Positions 1-9,122 of a DNA stretch of 64,000 nucleotides are shown here, in pieces. Below the pieces are notes generated by a model that did not search any database, was not told where the DNA came from, and worked only from the letters and a program-made list of their open reading frames with translations. The stretch lies in the NCBI GenBank assembly GCA_041690595.1, contig JAWLHB010000044.1, positions 1 to 64,000 of the forward strand. Reading direction: 5' to 3'. Made by a program: the position numbers and the translations under genes. This stretch comes from Lentisphaeria bacterium (lineage in GTDB: Bacteria; Verrucomicrobiota; Lentisphaeria; JABSQK01; JAWLHB01). How positions within the stretch are numbered: the stretch's first letter is position 1; the number at the start of each line of letters is the position of its first letter.

Positions 1-76
1 ATGCCTTGGCATGGTGCTTGCACGCCTGCTCCAGTTCCGCCACCTGCGCCGCGCTCAGCTTCAATTTCGGCTTCAT
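1..76 (-). mobile_element. 5' end of a probable IS630-family transposase / HTH protein (runs off the window)
   Basis: Minus-strand ATG at 76 preceded by a GGAGG RBS; translates MKPKLKLSAAQVAELEQACKHHAKA..., resembling IS630 transposase N-termini (L.L...q..eLe). Only 25 codons visible. Confidence 0.4.
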
Positions 77-174
77 CGCCACCTCCCTGGGTTGCCATAT
101 CATAGACGATCAAGGTACCGCTGTCCATTTAAATAATCAAATATTATCAGGGTTGAGGGGTGGAGGGCAGGATA

Positions 175-205
175 CCCAGGGTAGCCGCCAGGCGGCAACC
201 CTGGG
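175..205. repeat. REP-like GC-rich palindrome
   Basis: CCCAGGGTAGCCGCC-A-GGCGGCAACCCTGGG: 15-bp inverted repeat with one mismatch, intergenic. Confidence 0.7.
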
Positions 206-219
206 CTGGAGGACGATGC

Positions 220-333
220 CCCGTCAGGGCATTTTCGGGTGCTATGCCAGGGAGAGGTGTGATGGGAAAAGTACCTGTCACCGAGTGGTTCCCGTCAGGG
301 CATTCTCGGGTGCCATGCCAGGAGAGGTGTGAT
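220..333 (+). repeat. Two ~43-44 bp imperfect direct repeats (220-263, 291-333)
   Basis: CCCGTCAGGGCATT(T/C)TCGGGTGC(T/C)ATGCCAGG(G)AGAGGTGTGAT twice, separated by 27 bp. Confidence 0.85.
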
Positions 334-362
334 AGTCACAATCGTCAGGTGGGGGGGAAGTA

Positions 363-1409
363 TTAAGGGTTTCCGAGGGGAAGAGCGGCATCAATGAGGC
401 CGTCGTTGCGCAGGACCTGCCAGAATTCGGGCGGAAGCGGCTCACTGACCAGGCGCACATTGTCGGCAATGCGCTCCGGTTTGCTGGTGTTGAGAGCGAC
501 GGCGACGATGCCCGGCAGGTGGAGGGCGAATTGTACACAGACGGCGGCCGGCTCCAGTTCGTGCTCCTGGCAACGGGCCAGGAAGAGGCGGCGCCAGGCG
601 AAAAGGGGTGCATCGGCCGGGTTGCCCGCTTCGGGAATGCGATAGTCGAAATAGCGGCCGCCGACGAGAAAGCCGGCATTGAAGACGGCGGAGTTGACGA
701 CGGCGATACCACGCCGATTCAGCTCGTCCAGCCACGAGAGCAGCTCCGGCGGGTGACGATAGACGGTAAGACTGCAAGCGAGCATGACCCAATCGAGATC
801 GATAACGCGGGTCAGATCGCGAATGACCTCCCACTTCTTGGCGCCGATGCCCACGCCGGCCACTTCACCGGCTGCCCGCAGCTCGAAGAGCGCCTCGTAG
901 GCGGCCAGTATCTGATCCCAGCGCCGCTTGCGATCATCCGCATCGGCAGAGGCATCGAGATATTCGTCGGGGTCGTGCACGGAGACAAGTTTGGCACGAA
1001 AGGGTTCGCCAAGGAGTTCATTGCCTTGCCGATAGCAAGCGCGAATGCCGTCGCGGCCGAGTCTCTGGCGGGCATCGTGCTGGAGTTCCGCCCAGGCACC
1101 AGGCTCGAAAGTAGGCTCATCGCCCAGCAGAGGGATGCGCTCCCAGCCAAGCTTGTTGCTGATGATGACGGAAGCGGGATCGACGTCGAGATCGCGGAGG
1201 CAGTTGCCGATCGTCTCGAGGGAGAGGCCCGCCCCATACTTGCCGGCGGAGTCCAGGACGAGGGGCGGGGGGACGTGGGCGAGCATCTGGCGGACACACT
1301 CCAGCTTGGTCTTGTAAGGGAGCGCCTCGTAGAGGTTGCCCAGGCAGCTGGTGCCGAAGATGATCGGCGGCACGGTCAAGCCGGTCTTACCGAAGGGTTG
1401 CGGTTTCAT
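363..1409 (-). CDS. Aldo/keto reductase, D-threo-aldose (L-fucose/L-galactose/D-arabinose) dehydrogenase-like
   Basis: GKTGLTVPPIIFGTSCLGNLY N-terminus; catalytic tetrad motifs LDSAGKYG, SNKLG, VHDP; SAVFNAGFL. Confidence 0.9.
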   Translation of the reverse strand: MKPQPFGKTGLTVPPIIFGTSCLGNLYEALPYKTKLECVRQMLAHVPPPLVLDSAGKYGAGLSLETIGNCLRDLDVDPASVIISNKLGWERIPLLGDEPTFEPGAWAELQHDARQRLGRDGIRACYRQGNELLGEPFRAKLVSVHDPDEYLDASADADDRKRRWDQILAAYEALFELRAAGEVAGVGIGAKKWEVIRDLTRVIDLDWVMLACSLTVYRHPPELLSWLDELNRRGIAVVNSAVFNAGFLVGGRYFDYRIPEAGNPADAPLFAWRRLFLARCQEHELEPAAVCVQFALHLPGIVAVALNTSKPERIADNVRLVSEPLPPEFWQVLRNDGLIDAALPLGNP

Positions 1410-1413
1410 GTGC

Positions 1414-1818
1414 TCACCTGCCTACGCCCGGGATTTTTCCCTGTTGACGATGGATCCAGATATCGTCGCGGGTCTTCCACTTCTTGTCGGGACCGGCACA
1501 GCCCACGCCAAAGCCCGTGTCGTAGACGCTGAACTGATAGGGGGTACCCCACCAGTCATTCGCCGGGTCGCGTTTGCTGTTGACGTTGGTTTTGAGGCTG
1601 CCGCGGATGAAGTCGTCGAAATGTCTCGGGGAGGGATAGCTCTGGCTGGTGATGTATTCCTGTTCGACGGCGCTGGCCACCCGCTTGATCTCCTGGCGCA
1701 CGAAGAAAGTGTCGGTCAGATTCTCCAGAATGCCGAAACAGGCGTCGAAGCTGCGATAGTTGGCAAAGCAGAGATAGCCGAATCCGATCAACGTCAGCAT
1801 GAGCATAAGCCGCTTCAT
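1414..1818 (-). CDS. Small membrane-anchored protein with type II secretion protein G (GspG)-like C-terminal motif
   Basis: N-terminal hydrophobic helix; DWWGTPYQF...VGCAGPDKKWKTRDDI matches the GspG D-PWG.PY...S.GPD...T.DDI pattern; ATGA overlap with the upstream gene. Confidence 0.65.
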   Translation of the reverse strand: MKRLMLMLTLIGFGYLCFANYRSFDACFGILENLTDTFFVRQEIKRVASAVEQEYITSQSYPSPRHFDDFIRGSLKTNVNSKRDPANDWWGTPYQFSVYDTGFGVGCAGPDKKWKTRDDIWIHRQQGKIPGVGR

Positions 1819-3776
1819 GAGCGCGCGGTCTCCCTGGTACGATTCTCGGCAATGGTCTCGAGGACATAGCCGGTCGCAACGCTCTGGGTGATAAAGGTCT
1901 GGAAATCGTGCTTGTGCAGCGTGAGGGAATGGCCGGGACTCTCGGCGATCACATCCGCGTTAGCGGGCTGATCAGTCAACAGGCTGATCTCCCCGAAGAA
2001 GTCGCTCTCGCTCAGGTCAACGATGCGTCGCCCGTCACGATTGACCCGCACAGAGCCATCGTAGATGACGTGGAAGGTATCGTGGGATACGCCCTGACGG
2101 ATGAGGATGTCGCCTGCCTTGAAGGGTTGCAGCTTGAAGCTGGCGGCAAGCTTGAGGAGAGTCTCGCCCGGCCAGTCGGCAAAGAGGGTGACACGCTTGA
2201 GGAAGGTGACCAGGCGCAGGCGATGGGGCAGCGGCTCGCTGAGGTTCCAGGTTGCGATCAAGCCATCGAGCTGAGACGGTGAGATGACGATGAGGCTGCT
2301 TGTCTGCCGGGTGCGAACGCTCTCGGCGCGACGTTCGCCATCGAGCATGGCCATTTCGCCGAAGAGATCTCCCCGGGTCAACTCTCGAAGCGGACGCAGC
2401 CCACCGCCGATGCCGGTGCAAAAAGCCTCGGCAACCCCGTCATGGATCATGAAGAAGTTGCGGCATCGGTCTCCTTCGCGGATGACCAAGGTCTGAGCGG
2501 GAACCGTGTAGAAGGCGCAGATGTCGGCAAGCTGGTGCAGTTTCTCCTTTTCCAGAACGCTGAAGATGGGCGTGAGCCGCAGCGTGTCTGCCAGTTCGTC
2601 GCGGTTGGGACGTGACGACGCATGCGCGAAGAGAGAGAGCCGACTCTCGACCGGGAAATGACCGCGGATTTCCTCCACCAGGTGATTGACGAGCGCCCAC
2701 ACCTGAAAGAGCATGGGCGCGAGCAGCGCGACGAGCAGCAGGCCCAGGCAGACGGCGGCGGCCACCGCGTCCAGCGGGCGTGCATCTCCGAGCAGTGCCG
2801 CAATGAGATGATTCCCCTGCTTCTCGGCAAAAAGCGCGAGTCCATGCAGCAGGAGAGCCAGCCAGAGCACGGCGTACGCCATGTAGGCGAGGACATACTG
2901 ATCCAGCTCCGCATCCCGCCAACTGAACAGACGATGCAGAAAATGTTTCTTGAGCAGTCGGGACCCGCAGCGTGGCACCTGGTAGCCGCGCCTGGCGACG
3001 GCATAGACCAGCGCATGTCCCGGAGTATCTCCAAGGGGCAGGCTCAGCAGCAGGAAAGCAATCGCCGCACCCAGAATGATCCCCTGCTTGTCCAAAAGCA
3101 CCCCCGCGGCCGCCGCCGCAAAGGGGGTTGCCAGCATCTGCATGGCAATGGCTGCTTCAGCGCGGCGCCCGGCCATGAATGCATCCCGCCGGTCTACCGA
3201 GAAGGCGGGAACCCCATGACGGAGACTGAGGCGTGGCCGATAGACCAGCCGACCGTTGCCTCGCAGCACCGCGCCTGCCAGGAGATGCGCGACGCTGACA
3301 GTCAACGACACGGTAACCAAGGCGGCCAATGCCAGACCGGCGCTGAAATCCGCGGTCGGCGGGCGAATCATTACGGCCGCAATTCCGCCTGCGACAAGGA
3401 GCAGACTGAGCGCCAGCGCCACACCACTGCCCCAGCCGAAAGGCCAACGATAGCCTTTCAGGGGAGGCGGGCGTTCCTCGCCTTGTTCCGGCATGAGCAG
3501 GATGCCACTTTCCGTAGCGCTGAGAATCAGATCCCAGAAGGCACGAATACTGGGACGCGCCGGTTCCACCAACATCTCCCGGAGGACCTCGCCGACCGAG
3601 CGCGAACCATCCAATCTGGCAAGCAGGGGTTGCAGAGTGGGCACCACGGCAAGATACCGCGCCCGCTCCGTCTCCTTCACCAGAAGCAGCCCATCTGGTA
3701 GTTGTCGAGTCTCCAGATGCGACGAGAGGGTCGGTCTGGCAATCTGGAACGAGTGCGATGGCGTCATGGGCGGCAT
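1815..3776 (-). CDS. Membrane protein with two C-terminal cyclic-nucleotide-binding domains; N-terminal PqqD-like and M50-like regions
   Basis: VIREGD...GDLFGEMAMLDGERRAESV and LIRQG...DFFGEISLLTDQPANADV; several TM helices; N-terminal LLARLDGSRSVGEV. Start could be 3836, 3776 or 3767. Confidence 0.8.
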   Translation of the reverse strand: MPPMTPSHSFQIARPTLSSHLETRQLPDGLLLVKETERARYLAVVPTLQPLLARLDGSRSVGEVLREMLVEPARPSIRAFWDLILSATESGILLMPEQGEERPPPLKGYRWPFGWGSGVALALSLLLVAGGIAAVMIRPPTADFSAGLALAALVTVSLTVSVAHLLAGAVLRGNGRLVYRPRLSLRHGVPAFSVDRRDAFMAGRRAEAAIAMQMLATPFAAAAAGVLLDKQGIILGAAIAFLLLSLPLGDTPGHALVYAVARRGYQVPRCGSRLLKKHFLHRLFSWRDAELDQYVLAYMAYAVLWLALLLHGLALFAEKQGNHLIAALLGDARPLDAVAAAVCLGLLLVALLAPMLFQVWALVNHLVEEIRGHFPVESRLSLFAHASSRPNRDELADTLRLTPIFSVLEKEKLHQLADICAFYTVPAQTLVIREGDRCRNFFMIHDGVAEAFCTGIGGGLRPLRELTRGDLFGEMAMLDGERRAESVRTRQTSSLIVISPSQLDGLIATWNLSEPLPHRLRLVTFLKRVTLFADWPGETLLKLAASFKLQPFKAGDILIRQGVSHDTFHVIYDGSVRVNRDGRRIVDLSESDFFGEISLLTDQPANADVIAESPGHSLTLHKHDFQTFITQSVATGYVLETIAENRTRETARS

Positions 3777-4109
3777 TCCCCGTCGGCAATGAAGGTTTCT
3801 CGACACTTGCCTGCGACGGTGAATATGGCGCTGCAAATGACGATTGCAAAAGATCCGCGGAATTGCGGGCGAGGTGAATAAAGATGCTCCGCTTGACGTC
3901 TATGGAGCATGACAACTTCACGAAGAGATGCGGGAACGGGACATTGGCATCCGGTATGCGGTAAGGCAACCGAGGTGCGCTTCCAGCGGGTCGGCAGGTT
4001 CAGAAGGCAGGGTACGGACGGGCAGGGCTACCGCGAACGGTGACTTTCGTCAACGCAGGTTGACGGCTACCATTGCGGCTTTGCCAGACGTCAAGCGACT
4101 GAGCGAGTA

Positions 4110-5360
4110 ATGAGGCATGACAACGGAATCAGCGACATGAACTGTGTCAAGAACATACTGATTGTGGACAGCAAGCTTTCGCGGGCATTGGCGACAGCGC
4201 ATCGGCTGGAATGCAACCAGATGTGGCCATCGACGATCGTGTCGACAGGCGAAGCGGCGCTGGCTTGCGTGGCGCGAAGCCACACCGCGGTGGCAATCGT
4301 CAGCCTGCCGTTGCGTGGCGCGATCGAACTGGAGGTTCTGGTTTGTCTGTTGACGGAGTTCCACCTGGTGCCGGTCATCCTTCGCGGATCGACCGACGAG
4401 TTGGCGGTGGATGTGGAGTGTGAAGGTGTACTGTTTCTGCCCGAACCCTTCAACGACCTGCGCCTGCGCCAACTGCTGCAGAGCGCCCGGGAGTGGCAGA
4501 CGGAGGTGAACCCACTGCCGGATCTTTGCAGTCTGACGGCGGATGTACGGGATCCCCAATGGATCGCGAAGCCTTCAGGCGAGTTGGTTTACATGAACAC
4601 CGCCGCCGAGGCCATGACCTGCAGGATGCTGGACGAGGTGGCAGGTTGGGACCTGCCGGAAATGCTTCCGTTTCTGCTGGAAGGCAAGAACGACGATGCA
4701 TGGGCGCTGCTGCGAACGGGGCGAGAGCAGGTGGTGACGCTGCCGGATTCGCCCGACCGCCCCCTTCATGCAAGTCTGCATGCGATTAAGCTCACGGGGA
4801 AAACGTGCATTCATGTCTTGACCTGTCGCCCCACGTTGCGCCTGCTGGAGTCGGAGCGGTCAAAGCCGCGGCCGGATAACCACATGTTGGAGCTGCATCT
4901 GGTGGTCAATGATGCCCTTCAGGCCCTCTCGGGAAGCTGGTTGACGCATCAGATCGACCTGACCCTCGACCTCGAGCCGATCGTCACGGTGCATGGCGAC
5001 CGCGAACGCCTGGCCCTGGCGCTTCTTCACGTGCTGGAGAATGCGGCGGATGCCCAGATCGATTCCAGCCACCCCACCATCCACATCAACATCGGCAGAG
5101 ACGCAGACCGCGCTTTCATACGGGTGGTCGACAACGGTTGCGGCTTCGGTCCTGAAGCCGACCTGTCAAGCCTGCTGCTGCCCGTCGTTTCGCGCAAGGG
5201 GGCGCAGGCGGCCCCGAATTCGCCGCATACGGCTCTGCGCGGTCGCGGCCTGGGCCTCGGAATCAGCAACAGCATCGTGCGTCGCCATGGCGGCTCCATT
5301 CAACTCGAAAATGGGTCAGCCGGGGGCGCATGTGTCACCATCTGGCTGCCCAGATGCTGA
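4110..5360 (+). CDS. Receiver-like + PAS + HATPase_c protein (histidine-kinase-like, degenerate)
   Basis: NILIVD receiver start; YMNTAAEAM PAS motif; HVLENAADA N-box, VVDNGCGF G1, GRGLGLGISNSIVRRHGGSI G2. Confidence 0.8.
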   Translation: MRHDNGISDMNCVKNILIVDSKLSRALATAHRLECNQMWPSTIVSTGEAALACVARSHTAVAIVSLPLRGAIELEVLVCLLTEFHLVPVILRGSTDELAVDVECEGVLFLPEPFNDLRLRQLLQSAREWQTEVNPLPDLCSLTADVRDPQWIAKPSGELVYMNTAAEAMTCRMLDEVAGWDLPEMLPFLLEGKNDDAWALLRTGREQVVTLPDSPDRPLHASLHAIKLTGKTCIHVLTCRPTLRLLESERSKPRPDNHMLELHLVVNDALQALSGSWLTHQIDLTLDLEPIVTVHGDRERLALALLHVLENAADAQIDSSHPTIHINIGRDADRAFIRVVDNGCGFGPEADLSSLLLPVVSRKGAQAAPNSPHTALRGRGLGLGISNSIVRRHGGSIQLENGSAGGACVTIWLPRC

Positions 5361-6108
5361 GTGCAATCGCGCCGACCAGGATGCCGGCCAGAGTCAGCAA
5401 CCGCAGCCGGGCATGACGCCAGCCAATGGCCGCGATCGCGAGGAGCACCCGCAGGCCATCGGCTACCGGCCGCAGCTTGCTGGCCGTCCCGGTTGGGCGC
5501 GGTCGACAAAGGTAGCGAACATAACCCACCCGCTCGGCGCGACAAAGCATGCTCAGTCTGAAATGGGCGGTGAAGCCAAACCCTTCAGGCACCGTCTCGA
5601 GCAACGACAAGGTGAGGTGGCGCCGTGCCCCGTAGTAGCCGGAGGTGAGGTCGGGCTCGGGAAAACCAAAGAGCAGCCGGGCAGTCGCCGTCAGCAGGAT
5701 GTTGCCCAGACGACGAGTCCGCGGGATATCCATGCGGTAGCGCACTCCCGCCACATAGTCCTTGTCGCGCAGGGCCTCGATAAACTCTCCGAGGCAGTCA
5801 GGCGGGTGCTGGCCATCACCATCGAACTTGATGAAATGGGTGGTGGTGGCGTTGAGGATGCCAGTGCGGATAGCGAATCCATAGCCAAGATTGCGCTCAT
5901 GCCGGACGACGCGTACGCCAGCCATGCCGGCGACGGATTCGGCGGTGCCGTCGGTGGAGCCGTCATCGACAATGAGGATCTCATGCAGCTTTCGGTGATG
6001 CCCGGAGGCGAAGATCTCCTCCAAAAGGGGTCGCAGGCAGCCGCGCTCGTTGAAAACAGGTATGATCAACGTACATTGGTTTGACTGGTTGTGAACGCTG
6101 TCCGCCAT
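5335..6108 (-). CDS. Glycosyltransferase family 2 (polyprenol-phosphate glycosyltransferase, DPM1-like)
   Basis: IIPVFNE, ILIVDDGSTDGT, RHERNLGYG, FDGDGQHPP, DLTSGY; C-terminal TM helix. Confidence 0.92.
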   Translation of the reverse strand: MADSVHNQSNQCTLIIPVFNERGCLRPLLEEIFASGHHRKLHEILIVDDGSTDGTAESVAGMAGVRVVRHERNLGYGFAIRTGILNATTTHFIKFDGDGQHPPDCLGEFIEALRDKDYVAGVRYRMDIPRTRRLGNILLTATARLLFGFPEPDLTSGYYGARRHLTLSLLETVPEGFGFTAHFRLSMLCRAERVGYVRYLCRPRPTGTASKLRPVADGLRVLLAIAAIGWRHARLRLLTLAGILVGAIALSIWAARW

Positions 6109-6143
6109 GAAACGTCGACCTGTGGTCTGGAAAGGGGCCTTGA

Positions 6144-7994
6144 ATGCGAGTTGAGCGCGCGTGGCTGCAAAAAGGCCTACTATACCCGATCTATGCGGCA
6201 GCGCTATTGCTGCTGCTGCTGGTGCCGTTGGTTCAGCACGTGCATGAGGCGCGCTACCGCCGCCTTCTGCTGGTGATGTGCATGTTCCTGGCGCTGCTGC
6301 ACGTGGGCGTCTGGCTCAGTCGGAGCGTGAAGGCGATGCTGCTGATGGCCTTCGTCGATATTGGCCTGGCGGTGGTGGCCGCGGGGCTATTCCGCCAGAT
6401 GCTCTTTGTCTTCGACTACGATACGTGGACCCACATCGAGCTGGCGCGGCAGGTGGCTCTGCACGGCCCCTTTCCCGGCGATCCCCACCTTGCGGGGGAG
6501 GCGACGCCGCCTTTCCTGTCACTGATACACTGGATTCTTGGCGGTCTCCACCGGGTGACGGGGATCGAGGTGGCAGCGCTGTGGCAGTGGAGCGGGGTCG
6601 TCGGCATTCTGCTTCGCCTGCTGGCCATCCTCTTTCTTGCCGTCAGTTGGTTTCGCCGGGCGGATGTGGCGTTGGCCGCAGTCCTGATCGCCGCCAGTCT
6701 GAGCTGCTTGACCGCCACGCGCTACCTCTATCCCTTTCTCCTGGGGGGGACGCTGCTCTGGTGGGCACTGTGGTGCCGGTCGGAGCTCGATGCGCGACGG
6801 CGGCGACGGCCACCGATTGCGCCGCGTGTGCTGTGGCACTGGACGGTGGCGCTGGGGATCCTCTATGGGCTTTGTACCGCAACCCACCTGTGGGCGGGCG
6901 TGATGTGTACCATGGTGCTGATCCTTCATGAGGGAATTCTGGTCTTGAGGGAGCCGCCGCTGCGGCGCTTGGGCTGGGCAGGCTGGGCAGAGCGCCTGGT
7001 CTACCTGCCGATCGGGTGGATCGTCGCCTCGCCCTGGCTGGTTGCCACCTTGCGCCAGATGATCTCCGCGCGAACCGGCAATACGTGGCACTACGTGACT
7101 GACTTCCCGCGCTTGTTCGGCTTGTGGCAGGTGGCGGATTGGGGACGACTGATCGATAGAACGCCGGCGATCCTGTTGCTGTTGAGCCTGATCGGGCTGT
7201 TCCTGACGCTGCGCCCGATTCGCCGTGGAATAGGATTCCGACTGCTGCCGGCGCCGAGCCAGGCGGGGCGGATCTTCCTCTGGATCAGTGTCGGCCTGCC
7301 CTTGGTTGCCTTGACGACACCGCTCTTCACGCTGCTCATGAGGTGCTTCGGCCACGCCTATCCCATCCGCCTTGCAGGCCTGCTTGGAATTCCCTTTCTC
7401 GCGGCATACGCGCTGACGCCGATCGTCCAGTTGCCTCGGCATCGCCTGGGCGAAGGTACTCTGAGAGTACACATTGCCTTGTGCGGTGCGGTGCTCGGCA
7501 GCTTTGCCCTGCTGATCACGCTTCGCTCGGGCATCGACATCCGCCAGCGGCTACGGGTGCTGGGCAACTTCCCCATTGTCGATAGCAGCGTGCAACCAGC
7601 GTGGGGGGGAAGGCTGCGCCAGGAAACAGCCGGCGGCATCGTCCTGACCGATCCGTACAGCGCCTACATGGTGCCTTACCTGCTGCACGCGAAGGTCGTG
7701 GCGATCGACCCCAGCCACACCAGCCCTTTTGTCGATCCCAGCAAGCGGCTGGAAGCCGTTGAAACCGTGTTGAATCCGGCCTCCGACGACGACCGGATCA
7801 CCGCGGCGCTGGAGGCATGGAGAGTGACGCATGTCCTCCTCAATCTCGAGCCGGTGCCGGGACGGAGCGATCCTCGTTTCGCGCCGATCCAATCGGCCTA
7901 TCCCGCTGGGCTGGCGGAACGGTTGGCCGATCATCCGCGCCTGCGCCTGGTCGAGGAGGGCGACGGCATCGTCCTCTTCCGCGTCAAGCGGTGA
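6144..7994 (+). CDS. Multi-pass membrane protein, GT-C-like glycosyltransferase
   Basis: Roughly 12 hydrophobic segments; acidic first loop YDTWTH; soluble C-terminal domain IVLTDPYSAY; adjacent to a DPM1-like GT2. Confidence 0.6.
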   Translation: MRVERAWLQKGLLYPIYAAALLLLLLVPLVQHVHEARYRRLLLVMCMFLALLHVGVWLSRSVKAMLLMAFVDIGLAVVAAGLFRQMLFVFDYDTWTHIELARQVALHGPFPGDPHLAGEATPPFLSLIHWILGGLHRVTGIEVAALWQWSGVVGILLRLLAILFLAVSWFRRADVALAAVLIAASLSCLTATRYLYPFLLGGTLLWWALWCRSELDARRRRRPPIAPRVLWHWTVALGILYGLCTATHLWAGVMCTMVLILHEGILVLREPPLRRLGWAGWAERLVYLPIGWIVASPWLVATLRQMISARTGNTWHYVTDFPRLFGLWQVADWGRLIDRTPAILLLLSLIGLFLTLRPIRRGIGFRLLPAPSQAGRIFLWISVGLPLVALTTPLFTLLMRCFGHAYPIRLAGLLGIPFLAAYALTPIVQLPRHRLGEGTLRVHIALCGAVLGSFALLITLRSGIDIRQRLRVLGNFPIVDSSVQPAWGGRLRQETAGGIVLTDPYSAYMVPYLLHAKVVAIDPSHTSPFVDPSKRLEAVETVLNPASDDDRITAALEAWRVTHVLLNLEPVPGRSDPRFAPIQSAYPAGLAERLADHPRLRLVEEGDGIVLFRVKR

Positions 7995-9122
7995 TCAACG
8001 GTGGCCTGCCGGCGGCGGAGCGATGACAAAATCACGGTAAGCTCCCGGATCTCCCTGGGCACCCGCTTCGGCGGCCTTGACGATGTTGTACATCTCCCGT
8101 GCGGTCACGTAGTGCAGGCGGTAGCGCTGGCCATCGTTGCAGGCGGTGGCCAGCCATTGGTGCAGCGTGCGCATGGGCTCCCCGAGGAGCATATCCAGAT
8201 TGCGCTCGTTGCAGCCGTGGGTGTGCAGTTTGATGAAGAGCCACTCGGGGCGATTGGCCACATGGATGTGCTGGCGCAGCCAGAGCCGGCCACGCTGGGC
8301 GGTGGGCGGACAGGCGCCGGTGAGATCACCATACTCCAGGCGCGGCAGCAGCCCCCATTTGCGCCACCCCCAATTCAGCGCGAGGGGGCCCTGAATGAGC
8401 ATCAGGTCACCGGCGTCTTCCCGAGGCGTGGGGCTCGAAGTCGGTGCGGCGGCGGTGACCATGATGCCGCCATCATGCGAGCGTGGCCTTCCCGGCTTGT
8501 TGCTCGCATGGTAGATGGCGTTGACGGTGCGGCTCTGGGCGGGACTGGCGCCGGCCGGCATGGTCATGTCGCAGTAGCAGCCGCTTTCCCGCAGAACCAC
8601 CAGCTCGTCGTTGACACCGCACCAGCGTCCATCCGGGAGTGAGTTGCACAAGGACCAGTTACCGTGGATGAAGGCGAAGGCGGGCGATCCGTCCGGCGCG
8701 CTGCCCAGCAGGCCATGCTCGTTTCTCAGGCGATCGCGAAATTCTACGAGGCCGCGGCTCAACGATGCAGCGGTATCGCCATCGTGATGCAGGTGAATCT
8801 CCACTTCCCCCCACCCTTTCGCGGTCAGTCCGGCCAAAGCATCCAGATAGGCGGGGCGGTACTCTTCGGCTGGATAGAAGAAGCTCCAGCGGGGGGGCAG
8901 GCCATCCGCGTCGCGAAAATCCGCCGCCAGGCGAGGAAAGCGCTCCTGCCATTGCTGAACGCGCCATTCGCCCTTCTCGTTGCTCGCTTTGCCGCCGGGA
9001 GTCAGCGGCTCGAAATGATCCATGAAGCCGATCATGACATGCACCGGGGAGGCGGTACGCCGCGGTCGCCGCAAGATGCTGCGCAGGTAGCCGACCAGCC
9101 ATCTGTCCATCCCCCTAAGCAT
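7995..9122 (-). CDS. Conserved hypothetical protein of EPS loci (polysaccharide deacetylase-like barrel)
   Basis: Start MLRGMDRW at 9122 overlaps the GT4 stop; motifs DHFEP, EIHLHHDGD, FIHGNWSL, FIKLHTHG, LHYVTAREMYN. Confidence 0.7.
   Translation of the reverse strand: MLRGMDRWLVGYLRSILRRPRRTASPVHVMIGFMDHFEPLTPGGKASNEKGEWRVQQWQERFPRLAADFRDADGLPPRWSFFYPAEEYRPAYLDALAGLTAKGWGEVEIHLHHDGDTAASLSRGLVEFRDRLRNEHGLLGSAPDGSPAFAFIHGNWSLCNSLPDGRWCGVNDELVVLRESGCYCDMTMPAGASPAQSRTVNAIYHASNKPGRPRSHDGGIMVTAAAPTSSPTPREDAGDLMLIQGPLALNWGWRKWGLLPRLEYGDLTGACPPTAQRGRLWLRQHIHVANRPEWLFIKLHTHGCNERNLDMLLGEPMRTLHQWLATACNDGQRYRLHYVTAREMYNIVKAAEAGAQGDPGAYRDFVIAPPPAGHR

Noticed and set aside
220..333. CRISPR-like repeat-spacer-repeat
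   Set aside because: Only two imperfect copies, no cas genes in the window, and the unit overlaps a REP-like element.
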